Below are positions 1 through 13,353 of a DNA stretch of 64,000 bases, in pieces. The stretch spans positions 372,001 through 436,000 of the forward strand of contig OZ237742.1 of the NCBI GenBank assembly GCA_965178125.1, written 5' to 3'. Under the pieces are notes generated by a model. It had not been told where the DNA came from and did not search any database. It worked only from the letters and a program-made list of their open reading frames with translations. The position numbers and the translations under genes are program-made. The stretch is from Bilabrum cf. latius. Taxonomy: Eukaryota. Position 1 is the stretch's first letter, and each line of letters starts with the position of its first letter.

Positions 1-1213
1 CGCACGTGAAGTAGTCTCCCGCGTCAATAGACAGCGGGCTAAGGTTCGACTCGGATGGGTCCGCAGGCATCGCGTAGTCAATTTCTGCTGCCATACTTGC
101 ATCGGGGGCGGGGTTCAGGTCACCGCGGCCAAGCTGGCCCTTGGAGTTGTCCGTGCCAAAGCACTTGGAGCCGCCGCCGGACGACAGCACGCATGTGTGC
201 GCTAGTCCCGATGTCACACGCAGTGCATCCGCGCCGTGGATGCACGACCTTGTGTGTGAGCGCTTTCCAGCCTCGCTGCTACTGCTGCCTGGCAGTGCGA
301 GCGGCACGGATTCTACCACTGTCCAATTCTGCTTCGGATCGGATGGCTAGAAATTCCTAAGAGTCGCAACTCTTACATGAAAGTGAAGCAAGGGTGGAAT
401 CTACCCATTATCAGCAACAATGTCATTACTACCCACGACCGGGTTGGCACTAGCCGCAGCATGCAGCAGGCTTGACGGAATTGCCACTTCCTGCGCCTGG
501 TTTGGCTGCGATTCGACGAGCATGGCCCTGCCGCATTCTGGGGCTGCATTCCAGCCAAAGTGCACCGATCTAGCAATCGACGAGCTATTTGTAGTACGGG
601 TTGAGTTGGACTACTGTTCACCCGGCGAATTCGAAACCAGAGCCCAGCTTCGCACTGTCGGGCGTGACAGAAAGTTGGCTGAGCTGCACTATGAGAAACA
701 TGATTGCGTACCTGTTTGCACCTAAACGAGAAGCACAGCCCCCCACAACTACTGCAGGAGATTCCTATGACAATCGACCGCCGAGCAGCGACCGCTCGCA
801 TCGTGGAGTTCGCCACCAGCCGTTTGGGTGGCATTGAGCTGCAGAGCCCCGCTTCGGCCAGGACCGCCAACTGATACGCCAATCCATATTTCACTGCATT
901 GATGCGGCAACTTTGCCGCTCTGCTGTGTGATTCGTTGGCAGCATATACATGGGGCACACGGTGGTTCTCGTTTTGATCGAATCGCTGCTACGAATTGCT
1001 CTGCCAACGGACCCGAATCTCGTCGAACCAAGGGATGGCCGAGGCATTGAGTTGACTGAAATCTTTGCATTCAGATATTGTTCCCGGCTCCGCCCGTGAA
1101 CACCACGGCAAGTCCCCGAGAGGCCCAGTAGCGCACTACGCGTAGTTTGCCAATACACCTAGAGCAACCACTACGAGGGCTATGTTTGGGCGCCTCGGTG
1201 TGATCAAACTCAT
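1..1213 (-). CDS. Secreted/surface RCC1-like (beta-propeller) repeat protein, 5' part; runs off the window's left edge
   Basis: ATG at 1213. Signal-peptide-like MSLITPRRPNIALVVVALGVLANYA. Frame open to base 1 except 8 TAGs (1136, 989, 749, 722, 689, 611, 401, 347). RCC1-type motifs VTSGLAHTCVLSSGGGSKCFGTDNSKGQLGRG and SIDAGDYFTC. Confidence 0.75.
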
Positions 1214-1685
1214 TGCCACCAAAACGTTCGGGACTCAGCTTCGAACAATGGGAGCATCTATCCAGCACTACCGCAGGGTGGCGTAGAAAGATGTAGATAC
1301 GCCGTGGCACCATGCGTGTGCGCGGCTGCCGGAACATGGTCGAACATGGTCGCAAGCAAGGGCTGACACAGACCAGCATTCAACAAGCACGGCAGCGGAT
1401 TTCGCCTCTTCAAACTGTCAAACGCACAGCTGCACTTTACAAACCAAATCGGCGAGCCACGGGAGATTCTTCATCCGCCGGCCGGTGGCAAGAGCCGGTT
1501 GGCACGTCCATGATCCGCTCTCAACCAATACCTCCTGCAACCCTCCGATGGTCTTAGCATAGAATTTTGTATATACTACACCAAGTCAGCCATATTCCGA
1601 GGCATGAGAGGCAAGAAAATCCACAAATCATCACACTACCGGCACCTAGCTTCGACTCACATCCATTCCGTGGCACAGCCTTAAG

Positions 1686-4464
1686 ATGGCAACTGCTGCT
1701 AGCATGGCTTTACGGAGCGTTTCAAGATCAGTGCTATGCACTAGGCTGTTCAGGGCTCTATCGGCAACGTCAGCACTGGGAGTCCCCGAAACTGGGCGGT
1801 GGCGTCGCATGCAGCAGAGCCACGGCGTTCGACTGGCGTCAACTTTTGTTTCCTAGCACTACGAACTTCCTAATAGGGCGGTTCAGTCATACCTCGACGC
1901 CGCTGGCCTGTCGTTCCGGATTAGTGGCAAGCACGCTGTCGTTCGCGAGTGCCCATTGTGTGGGAAGCCATCCAAAGGCCGAGCAGATAACATGTACAAG
2001 CTGTACGTTTCAACAGACACTGGAGTATTTTTTTGCCACCGATGTGGGTCGAAGGGGTCGTGGTTTGATTTCAAGAGAAGGCTAGGAGGGCGCTCGAAAG
2101 ACAGCAGCAATCCAGACAGTAAGCAACAACAATCTCTTGCACCATTCGGCGTGGCTGGTGCGGCGTGGCAAGGCGCAGCGTAGTTGCAGCCACACAGAGA
2201 CGGCAATTCGGCTTCCAAGTCTGTCGACTCGTCCTCCCCTATCTTGGACCTGTCCGACGTGATTGCCTCTCAAGAACAACTCGCTGCCAGCCTGGACGTT
2301 ACAGCGGCTCCTGGCGACGACAGCAAAGTCGGACGATTCGCGCGCGTTAGCACCTGGCTAACAACTCAACGAGGTATCTCTCCCGCCATCCTCCAGGCGT
2401 ACTGCGTCGGCGGCGCCGAATGGGGGAGCGGCAGAGCATCTGCTCAGCCCAAGGCGAGCACGTCCGACGGCGGGCGCAGGGAGCAGTTCGCGGTCTTTCC
2501 GCTGCTCTCTCGCGCAGATCAAGTGGAAAGTGCCCGCAAGCTGGCGGGAGACGCGGAAGGTGCGGGCTTGGGTGGCTCAAGCGCGATGTCCGAAGCCAAG
2601 CGAGGAGGTGCTCATGGTCAACAGGCCTCCTCGGCGAATGGCCTGGTGCTTCACCGGTGCAAGCTGCGCTCGGTGAGCGACAAGTCAAAGCAGATGCTGC
2701 TACCAAAGGGAGGCAGCTGGGGCCTATTCGGCCTGCACGCTGTTCCCCGAGGCGCCCGCTCCATCGTGCTGACAGAGGGGGAGCTGGACGCCATGTCCGT
2801 CATGTAGGCCACGGGCGTGCCAGCCGTCTCGCTTCCCAACGGGTGCAGATCCCTGCCACTGGAAATCATGCCCTTGCTGGAGCCCTTTGAGACCATATTC
2901 CTGTGGCTGGACGACGACCAGAGCGGGATAGAGGGGGCTGCCAAGATGGCGGGCAAGCTGGGCAGGGGCCGCTGCAGGATCGTGCGGACGGCAGACGGGC
3001 TCGTCCGCGATGGCGGCAGCGCAGGGACGTCCGCGCAGGCGGAGCCCGCACGACCCAAAGACGCCAACGACGCCCTTCGTCTACCCCCTGGGGCGTACAG
3101 CTTCACGCAGGCCCTGCAGCGATCGGAGCCTATGCCTCACAAGGAGATCCTCCGGTTCTCTGACCTGCGTCACGCCATCCAGCACGAGCTCCGGAACCCA
3201 GACCTCGTGTCGGGCACCCCATGGCGGGTGCTGCCAGGCCTGCAGAAGCTCTTGAAGGGTCACAGGAGCGGGGAGCTGACCGTGCTGACCGGCCCCACAG
3301 GCGCTGGCAAGACGACCTTGCTCTCCTAGCTGTCCCTCGATCTAGCGGCGCAAGGGGTGCCCACCCTGTGGGGCTCCTTCGAGGTCAAGAACGCGCGCCT
3401 TGCCAAGAAGATGCTGCAGCAGTACATGGGAGCCGCAGTGGTGGACACGGCCAACCCTCAGGCCCTGGATGCAGCCGCCGATGCCTTCGAGCAGCTGCCC
3501 CTGTACTTCTTGCGCTTCTTTGGTGGCAGTCCAGTGGAGGACGTGCTGGACGCGATGGACTACGCGGTGTACGCGCACGATGTCAGCCACATCGTGCTGG
3601 ACAACCTGCAGTTCATGATGGCGGGCGCCTCGGGGGGCGTGTCGGCTGGCAAGCGGGGCCGCGGGGGAGCGGGAAGGGGAGGCGGGGGCGGGGGCGCGTT
3701 CGAGCGCTTCGAGGCGCAGGAGGCGGCGCTGGACCACTTCCGGCGGTTTGCCTCTCAGCGAGACGTCCACGTCACACTCGTCATCCATCCCAGGAAGGAA
3801 CCCGAGGACGCCCCGCTGACCCTTTCTTCCGTGTTCGGGACTGCAAAGGCCACCCAGGAGGCGGACAACGTGCTCATCCTGCAGAGGGCAGGGGACAAGA
3901 AGCGACTGGACGTCCGTAAGAACAGGCACGACGGCTCCCTCGGTGGGGTCGACCTGTCCTTCGACGCCGGCACGCAGATGATGGTGGAGCCGGGGAGCAG
4001 CGAGTCGGCCTTGCCCATCGCGATGATGGGGGAGGCCGGGGCCGGGGAGGGGGCGGGAACACCAGGCAGGGCGCGCGGGGGCGGGGCAGGGGGGCCCTTC
4101 GCGCGGGCGGGAGCTCTTGATTTCCTGCACGCCGGGGGGGCCCCTCCCGCCGCCTTGGATGCGGTGGAGGAGCCCGATGGGCTCGAAGGAGAAGGAGGGG
4201 GCGCTGCAGCCCTCTCGGTCGGCGTGGGGGCGGCTGTGCGTGAGACAGAGGACACGGACCTGCTGCGGTCTCTCGGGTTGGGCGGTGGGGCCGTCGTCCC
4301 CTCTCCGGCTGGGGTTCATGGGGCTGGTGGTGACCTTAATGCAGAGAACGGAAACGGGAAGGGGCCAAATACAATCGTATCGGGTTCAACATCAACAACA
4401 CCAGACCAACGACGAGGTCCAGATGCAGGCCGCGTACATGCCACGCCGCACCGGTCTGTGAATC

Positions 4465-4502
<38 letters not shown>

Positions 4503-4907
4503 TCCAGCTCAGGAAGGGTGGGCCACACTCCCGTGGTGTCTGCGGCGGGCTGGGCAACACACGCAGCCATGGGCCACGCGGGGTCATCCTTCTCGGGGGC
4601 CCCTGGACCTCCAGCCGAGGACGTGCCGGAAGTGGACGCCTCTGATGACCATGCCGCCGCAGCAGCTGCTGCCCTGTCAGAGGGCGACTCGCACGGGCTC
4701 GACCAGGACCACGATGGCACGTCAGTGAGAGGAGCGCTCGATGCAGAGCAAGCGGCGGCAGCGGACGCCGGGATCGCCATGGCGCTGGGCAGCATGCCTG
4801 CAGCGAATGCCCACTCGACTGATGAAGCAACCGCCGGCAGCCCACCAGCCGGGGAGGGTGTCCCAAAGCCGAGCAGCTGGCCGGAGGAGGACATCCTGCT
4901 GGGCTGA
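1686..4907 (+). CDS. TWNK: Twinkle mitochondrial primase-helicase (T7 gp4-like), ~1073 aa
   Basis: Basic/Ser-rich presequence, Zn finger CPLC...CHRC, TOPRIM (TEGELDAMS, WLDDD), KDAND, Walker A GPTGAGKTT, WGSFE, LDNLQFM, VIHPRKE, KATQEADN, KNRHDG. One frame with 4 TAGs (1854, 2181, 2805, 3327); ends TGA. Confidence 0.95.
4465..4512 (+). repeat. (AGC)n microsatellite encoding poly-Ser in the Twinkle C-terminal tail
   Basis: Direct run of agc triplets in frame. Confidence 0.85.
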
Positions 4908-5121
4908 GCACGCTCGACGGGGCACGCGTGGTCCACGCGCACATACTTCCATGCATAGTAAATGCACAGATATGTTGTAGTTCAGCTTAACACGTGAAGC
5001 ACCGCTTGACCCTGACACTCGTGTGCGTGGCATGCACAACCTAGGGTGATATTTCTGCCTCCTACACTGGACGTCACGTGCCGTATGCACTACCTATCAT
5101 ATGAATTCATTAATAATATCG

Positions 5122-5412
5122 TCATTCTCTTCCTCCTTCATCGGGGCGGGGGTGGTCCAGCTACAGAGCTGCTGCCTTGGCTTCTTCCTTTCGCATAATC
5201 GCGTAGAATTCAGTCGGATGCAGCGCGGCCAATGCCTCAAGTGCCTCAACCGCCAGCTGTGCATCCTGTTCGCTGCTAATGTGGCTCCCTACTTTGAACT
5301 CAGCCGCTGCTGCCTTGAAGGCCGTCCTGACATTGTTCTCCATGGTGCCACGGACGGCAGTCGAAGGGAATTGTCTCACAGCTCGCATAGCCCGGCGATA
5401 CAGCCTGCGCAT
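5122..5412 (-). CDS. LYR-motif (Complex1_LYR family) small mitochondrial protein, ~96 aa
   Basis: MRRLYRRAMRAVRQFP...NVRTAFK fits the LYR...F pattern. TAG at 5161 read through to TGA at 5122. In-frame TAA just upstream of the ATG. Confidence 0.7.
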
Positions 5413-5969
5413 CGCACCTTAGTACTGCAAGTAGAGGTAGAGATGAAGAGGGGCATCGTTGCGAGTGGTTTGATTGGCAGCTTATCGTGCTAGCTGGTTG
5501 TACCTGCCGCTCGCCTGGGCGTCAGAGTATTTAGAGATGATTGATCTCATTCTGGCTAGGCCAGTCAGAAATAGGCTCGTCTATCATCTTAATTATCTTC
5601 ATTCGCGTGGCTATACTAGTGCTCAGGTCTCAAACTTATCGGCACCGAGCCCGAAGGCTCTTTTGCTCTTAGGCTCGTTTTTTTCATCATCGCACCGCAT
5701 TAATCACAAGCAAAACCTAAATTGAAGCAATATGCCTACTGTCTCACTCATGGGATGGTGCAGAACATTAATATCAGTACATTCAAATGCAGACCTACGT
5801 CCACCTAGAGGCAGTATATGGCTGCGCTGCCTGCTGTGGTGCTGCGGTGAGGCATCTGCAACTGTTCCGATCGGAGCAGAACGAGTTGCGACCAGCTGCA
5901 CGGCGTGCTGGCAAGGACGCCGCGATCATCTGAATCCAGTCGATATGAGCGCATATTGTCGCTGTTGAG

Positions 5970-8900
5970 ATGAAAAAGAAGAAGCCGCGAGCAGCAAGCG
6001 CTAGATTAGCCCGGCGGGGCAAGGATCACCAAAGCCGACCCCGAACCGTTGGAGCCACCAAGCGAGCCCAGCAGGCTGCAGTTGATTCGATGGACAAGCT
6101 TAAGAGAGCGAGGGAGTACCTTGAAATGACCTAGTTGATGAATTAGCTCGACAGGACGCGAGAGACTGTTGCCACGCTCTGCACTGCGACCAGAGATCGG
6201 CAGAAGCACGCTCTGAACAGCAGTGGAGCTTTGAACAGCCAATGGCTGGCAGAGCGCGAGCAGCACAGAAAGCAATCGATGGCTAGAATACGCCAACGCA
6301 GGCGCTCCTCGCTTGGTCTGCAGAGCGTGGCAAGCGCAGGCGAAGGTGGCGACGGGTAGCGAAGGGGTCAGCAAGCTGGCAGCGACGAGTTCGTGGTTCC
6401 AACCCTGCAGGTGTCGCCGGATACAAAGGCAGCAGCCCAGGCAGCTCAAATAATCGGCAATTTCCGCCAACCTACTCCCGCCGTGGCGACGATGAGGCCT
6501 TTCAGCGCCGGAAGGATGAGCACACCGAGTTCGTCTGCCACTCCAAGGCTCGGCCAGTAGGTCGGGCGCGTGTCGCCCACTGGCTCTCCCGTGGAGATGA
6601 ACCTCGCACCCGGTCTTGGATCTGGAACCAAGCCGGTGCATGTGCCCCCGCTTCCCTCGGGCAAGTTCTCGGCCCTGACCGGCGGTCTGGCCATTGCCAC
6701 TGGCAGGATGCCCACGGGGGGCAGGTCGCCTGGCACGGCGAGGGCCCGACCAATGGGAAGCAAGGGCATGCTCACTGCGCGCAGCGGAAGGTTCGGAACT
6801 ACCACGGCGAATCGTGTTGGAGCTGCCCTTTCCGGCTTGCGACGCCCAACAGGTGCAGGTGCAGGTGCAGGTGCAGGTGCAGGTGCAGGTGCAGGTGCAG
6901 GTGCAAGCGCCCGCAGGCTGCCACCCATGATTATGCGTTCGTCTACCGCCGGACCAACTCTGGAACAATCCCGTGGGGAGGAGATCCCGGCAGCAGTGCC
7001 GGGAGGCATTTCATCTGCCTCTACTTCCGTCAGCAGTGGCAGGGGGCAGCTGCAGAAAGCCGCTGCGGCCGCTGGCGAGGTGCCACGACCACGGGACAGG
7101 CACAGTTCCAGCTCGAGCTCATCGGTTTCAGAGGCAGCTGGGGGCCCTTCGAGGTCTCACCAGTGGCAAGCTCACAGGCCCATCCCTGTGATCACCCGAT
7201 CGGACAGTCCAGAGAAGTAGGAAGGGCACGTTGGTATGGACCAGGACGACGTCGCTTTGCTGGAGTTGACTGGGCAGGGGACAGCCATCACAGGCAGCGC
7301 TGCGGGCGCTGGCCTGGGCGGCGCATTGGTGGATACATTTGACGGCACGCCGGCGCCACCCACGCTCTCTTCTCCCGGTAGACCCGTCCCCACAACCGAC
7401 GAGGCGTTCCTCGCGGCTGGGAGCGAGAGTCAGACAGCGGGCGCTCCGGCGGTTCCAATGGCTGGCAGGCCGCGGGCAGTGAGCAACGCATCAAACGTCA
7501 GCTTCTTGGACAACACGGCGAGGCTTGGGGGGGCCAGCTTTGCGCTTGGAGAGGAGTTCGGGGACAGCGGCGAAGACGATCTTCATGGCGAGTTGGTTGG
7601 AAGAGGCGCCACCACCGGCCGCCTCACGGCTAGGGGCAGCGGCGGCAGGAGTGGCCCGTGGGCCACCTCGGCCCGCGGGACAGCATCAGCGAGGGGTCCG
7701 CGCGGGGAGCCGCTGGGCGGCCTCACTGCTGCCGCTCTCAGGGAGGAGCTGCAGGGTAACATGAAGAGAGCCGGGCTGCTGGCGGCGACGAGGGTCGCGC
7801 AGCAGCGGGCCAGGCGCGAAGAGGCCATCGAGACGATGAAGAAGCAGGCCAAGGAGGCCAAGGAGGCCGAAAGGGGCAGGATATTATCGGGAAAGAAGAA
7901 GAAGCGGGGCGACGACTCGGCGAATCAAGCGATGCGCAACCTATCGGATCGCTCCAAGGAGGCAGCTGTGGCACGGGAAGACGAAAGGCTGCGCAAAGAG
8001 GCCGTGGAGCAGGCCATGGCCAGCACAGAGCAGCGCCTGCAGCGAGATGACAGCGGAATGATCGTGGGGCTTGCAGCACTGCGCGAGGATACCCCCGAGA
8101 TCTCCCTGCAATCGCTTCTGCTCGCTGCGGCAGGCAGCAAGCGCGGTGGGCCAGCTTCGCCCTCGCTGTCGCAGCCTGATGTGGGCAGCAAGTCCTCCTT
8201 GCACGCAGTGTCCAGAGGCGGCCCTTCCGAGTCTCCCGTGTCCTCCTCTGCTTCCTTCCGCACTGCTGGTGCATCCAGTCCATCGGCGAGGCGACATGGA
8301 TCTAGCCGGATGGCAAGCAGGCACCACAGGACCAGGCCAAGCACGGCTGGCCCCACTCGCAGGCTTGGCCGGGGGAGCTCCACCGCAAGACTGAAGGCAA
8401 GTATACCGTCTGAAGCTGAGGCAGCGAGCAGCATTGGCGCGGCAGTGTTAGCATCCGAAGCGGCCTCAAAAGCGCGGCCCCGGTCAGCGATTCCCTCAAG
8501 CAGGATCCAGCCGCGCCCGGTGAAGATGGCATGGGAGCACGACAGCTGGCAAGAGCTCAAGCAGGTGGAGCCAGCGCACTTCACAGCCGCGCTGGCAAAC
8601 GAAAAATCTACCGCAAACCGGCATGCGTTCGAACAGCAGCAGCGGGCGGCCAAAGAGACCACGGGGGAGGATCTGGTGCACAGCGCTTTGGCCAGAGAAC
8701 ATGGGCAGCAGCAGCAGCAGCAGGATCAGGAGGTGGAGCTAGAGGGCACCGTGCACTCTCTAGCGATCAACCTCCGCAACACGTCTACCGCTGGCACGAA
8801 CCAGCAAGCTCAGCCTCGAGGCGCAGGCCGCGCTGTGAGGGTGGTCGATCGCGTCGCAGCGAGGAACGCGATCGCGCGTGCAAGGCACATGAAGGACAAG

Positions 8901-11900
8901 GTAACTCTTGCCCAGTCCAGGGTACCAAGGCATGCCGCCCCGCGGCTGCCCCCACGGGGCTCCAAGTAGACTGGAGCCTCAGGTGACAAAGTCAAAGTAG
9001 TAGTTTCAAGCAAGGAGAGGGCGCTGGCTGCCTCCAGGCGACCCCGCAGCGCCATCGTCCGGTGGACCCCAGCCAACTCGGCGCAGGCTCAGCGGCTGTT
9101 TGCAGAAGCGACTAAAAGAAGTCATGCTATTGGTGGGGTTGTTCTAGAAGCAAGCAGCCAGGAAGGAGCCACACGCAGCACGGCACCGGCAGAACAAGGC
9201 AAGCTAGAAGGCAGCGGCGACGACAGCACGGTCAAGCTGAAGGCCATCGAATTCGACCCCAAGCGATCGAGGTTGTCGCTACAGAGCATGTTCCAAACGA
9301 AGCTTCCTGATCTAGCACCGGCACCGGTCGGCGGAAGCGCCCAGCGTCGCGTCGAGTGGGTACTTGAAGCGGTCGACAAGGACCACGGCATACTGAGGCA
9401 GCTGCGCAAGCGTGCCCATGCTACGAGGGCGCGGCTAAAGGAACGCAAGGACAAGCAAGATAGGCGCAAGCAGGCCGCCCTCGATAAACAGAGAGCAAAG
9501 CGAAGGGACTGGCTCGAAAGCAGGTTGCCGATCGCCGCGAGTCACAGCGTGCCACTGGGATTTGATGCGACAGCGGGGAGCGCGGGCGAGGCCTTTTCCA
9601 TGATTGGTCCTGAGGGCGAGTCGACTCACCTGCACGCGGATGTGCACGGTGCTACAGCTGAGGCTAGTAGCTTCGTTGGTTCTGGGGGAGGACTGCGAGG
9701 TCGGAGGCCGCGGTCGGCTGCAGCTGGCATTCGCAGTCGCGGGTCCGCAGGCTCTCTGCACAGCCTCGGCGGCGGCATTGGTGGGAGTCTGTCAGCCCTG
9801 CCGCGCGTAGGAGGGATGCAATCCGCGCATGACTGGCAGGCCATGCCATCGACCCACTCGCAGAGCGGTATTGCGCTGCCTGCGTCTGGATCCATGGCAT
9901 CGCTGCGGCCTGTATCGGCCGTGCGACGGACACGGGACGGGACGGGGGTCGTGGAGACGCCTGCTGTGATGCACCAGTCTCTGGGAGTGGTCAGCCTGGA
10001 GTCGCTGCAGAGGGCGTGCGAGGGGTGGGTCCAGGGAACAGGCAGCCGTGCGCAGCTAGGGCTCGGTGGTGGCACCGCCGCCAGCTCAAGGGCGGGGTCG
10101 CCCTCCAGGCACAGCTTGCGGTCGACCGCGGGTGGATCCGCAGAGGCAGAGGGAGCTGCGGTGGAAGACTCGGAGTCCAAACGGGCACGAATGATGCTGG
10201 CTGCAGTGGTGCGCGAAGCAAGGCAGGGAGATGCCAAGGAGCGGCATATGCAGGCGCAGGCGGAGCTGTACCACCGCAAGCTTGAGGTCAACTCGAGACC
10301 CACATACTACGCCACCGTGCGCATGCAGAGGGAACTGACCCTCTCCTGGATGACGCTGGCCGCGCTGCTGTGCCGCTTTGGGAAGATGGCTCGGTACGTG
10401 CGGCAGGGGCGGCTGCTGAGGCAAGAGACAGCGCTGGGGAAGTGGGCAGCAACGACGATGCAGCGGATCTGGCGGGGGATCAAGGCTCGAAGGTGGATCC
10501 AGGACCTCAAGCTGGTGAAGCCGATCATCTCCAAGGCCGTTTGGCGATGGAGGATCCGTCGCTCCGTTAGGATGAAGAGCAATAGCATAGATACGGTGCG
10601 GCGATTCCTGCAGGACTTCGTGTGCGGAGCAGGCCAGGGCGGCGTGGCGTGGATCACGCAGATCCGACGGTTTCGGGCCATGGTGGCCAACGGACAGCGC
10701 TTGGTTCGCGGGTTTGTCCACATCACCCGGGCCCGCATGGACGCCTTAAAGAAGCTGGTCGCTAAGCTGGCCCGGCTTGAGGCCAAGGCTCGCGTGTACC
10801 GGCGCCTGGCCACTAGAGCCAAGGTAGAGCTGGAGGCCCTCCGGTCCATCGCGGCCGTGGACGAGCGCAAGGGGAAGGGTAAAAAGGGGAAAGGTGGCGC
10901 CAAGGGGGCGAAGCGCGGTCGCGGGGCGGGACCACTGATTGCAGCCAGTGCGGCCGGACCCGCGGCGACTTCGTCGGGAGCCCGTGGTCGACGCAGCAGC
11001 GTTGTAGGAGTCACCGGCGAGGGTCGCAGGTGTGGTGGACGCCGCGGCAGCATCGTGACCCACGAGCAGCCGGCAGATCTGTCATCCACAGAGACGAGGG
11101 AGGTAGGAGGAGGGGGCACAGGTGATACCGCCGGTGGGCTTGGGACGGGCTCGCGCCTCGGTGAAGCACGCTCGGGTCCTGCTCGCCGCGGATCCGTGGA
11201 TCTGGGCAGTCTCCAGCGCCAGACCAAGCGGCTGAACAGGGTGGAAAAGGGTGGCAGGCGGTCCTCCATCGTGGGGGCTGCGGCAGCCGTGCCTCAGCTG
11301 TCGATCGGAGGGCTGGCCAGGGCGCAGCAGCGGCTAGCACGGGATGGCGTGGAGATTCGTGTGACTGGCCGCAATAGCGGTCGGCGCTCTGCTCGAGCTA
11401 GGGGAGCAGCTGCCACTACCGGGCGCGCAGTGGCCGGCAGAAGGCGGGGCAGGCGAGGTAGCATCCTTGCACCTGATCCAGCAGTGCTGGCCGAGCGCCT
11501 GCGTCAGGCGTCGGCCGATGATCACTCCCTTGGCGGGCTCGGTTAGTCGGTCGGGCTCAGCGACCCTGCGCTAGTCGACAGCATGGACCAGTCGGTGGAG
11601 GCGGCGCTGATGGTGCTGCGGTCTGCCGAAGAGAGCCTAGCGGCGGAAGCCAGGGCATTCACGGAAGAGGCCAAGAAGGAGAAGAGAGGGAAGAAGGGCA
11701 GATCCGGCGGGAGCGGTGGGGGTGGGGGCGGCGGCAGCGCAGGCTGGCAGGGCTCCCTACGGACCAGTCGGGCGGGCCGGCAGGACGCCAGGGCCCGGCG
11801 GCGGCAGTCCATCACCGAGGTGTAGGAGCACTTGGAGTCGGCGCAGTTTCTGCTGACCACGAGTCCTGTGCTCATGGAGCTGGGCTCCTCGGAGTTCATC

Positions 11901-13193
11901 GTGTTCGGGCGGCTGTCCGAGGAGCAGGTGCAGGGTGTGTTGGCCGATTTCTTGCGTGAGCGACGAGCGGCAGTTAAGAAAGACAGGCAGGAATGGATGG
12001 AGGACGCAATGTAGAGCGTGAAGGAAGTCGCCACTGCGAGGATATGCCCCTTGCCGGATGCAGCCAGGATCGTGTTTCCGCAGCTGCAGCCGAACGGGCC
12101 AGACCTCGAGACTGGCGAAGCAGCGCACACTGACTCTGACAGTGGTTCCGATTCCGAGGACGAGGATGTGCGGCCGATCCAGGGGTAGAGCGAGCTGGCC
12201 AAGTGGGCAGCGATGATGCAGACGCAGGGCGAGGAGAGGCATGTCAACAAGCACGCGCTGCATGAGGCCGCAGCAACAGCTGCCGACGATGACCAGGCCC
12301 AGTCGGACAGCTCTCCCTCGCACATGTCCTCTGTGGTCGCGCACCTGCACAGCCGCGTGATGCATGCCACGAAACACAAGGACAAGGCCTCCATGATGCA
12401 ATTCATGGAGCACTTAGAACCCGGGACCAGCGCCAGGGTTGCGATGGACTCGGGCGCTCAGTTCATGAAGGCCAGCGCATACCTCAAGGCACTGACTGGG
12501 AGGTAGAGGCAGGGGCTGGGGCTCAAGCAGCACGTAATGAAGCTGTTTCCATCTTTTCGTGCGGGATATGCCGCTGCTCAGGGCGGTGGTCCCACGAAGG
12601 GCAGCTCCCTAACTCGCATGCCGAGCATGGTCCCCGGCGCGCAGAGGGTGGTGGTCCAGCCCGCTGCTGGCAGGCGCGCGGGAGGAAGCGTCGTGTCCTT
12701 TGGTAAGGAGGGTGGGAGCCCGATGAGATAGGCCAGGGTGTCGTTCTTTGGCGGGGCGGGGTCCGTGGCGACCGGGCGATCGGGGCTCGGCTTCGGGGAG
12801 TCCGTTGTGTCGTCTGCCTCGAGCGGGGATGGGGCGAGCGCCAGCAGTGCGACTAGCGGCGGTGCTGCCAAGCTGGCCATGCGGGCGTTCAGGAGCGGAA
12901 GTTTCCGGCATGGTAGCAAGCGGCGGCTGATGGCAGCACTGGACAAGGCCGAAGGGGCCGAGGTCCGCGAGATGCTCGAACGGGTGTGCCCCGTGGGGCT
13001 GGCGGGCATGTACAGCCTCACTGCGAACGTGCAGCAGCTGCGGGCCATTGCCTTGCAAGTCCTGCAAGAGTCCGAGGCAGCGATGAAGCAGTCCAGGTCG
13101 AGGTGGGACCGCGTGGGTATCGTGTCCAGGAAGCCAGGCGGGTCGGGAGCATCGAGCAGCGGCGGAGTCATGGCCGCCGTGCCGTTTGCGTGA
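5970..13193 (+). CDS. Very large (~2407 aa) low-complexity/coiled-coil protein with an IQ-like motif, function unknown
   Basis: Eight same-frame ORF pieces plus the 5' region join across 12 TAGs (6132, 6144, 6357, 6558, 7218, 8967, 11544, 11823, 12012, 12186, 12504, 12729). No TAA/TGA until TGA at 13191. IQ-like ATTMQRIWRGIKARRW. Start codon uncertain. Confidence 0.8.
6851..6906 (+). repeat. (GCAGGT)n hexamer encoding a Gly-Ala repeat
   Basis: About 9 tandem copies, in frame within the large ORF. Confidence 0.85.
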
Positions 13194-13353
13194 CTTCACC
13201 TCTTAAAGACTTAAAATGTGTCTCAATCCAAAACAAAGCAATGGAATCCTCTACAATCACAAATTTAAGATGCAAATCTCTACATGCATGGCTACGAAGT
13301 GCACACAGAATTAACCAAAGCCCCAGCCACCGCCTTGCTGACCGGTCCTCTTC

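Noticed and set aside
373-1158. 261-aa minus-strand ORF in the track
   Set aside because: Wrong frame. The overlapping TAG-containing frame has the signal peptide and RCC1 motifs.
1686-4907. Phage or virophage primase-helicase indicating an integrated element
   Set aside because: It has a mitochondrial-type presequence and host-like codon usage with TAGs. No capsid, integrase or terminal repeats lie nearby.
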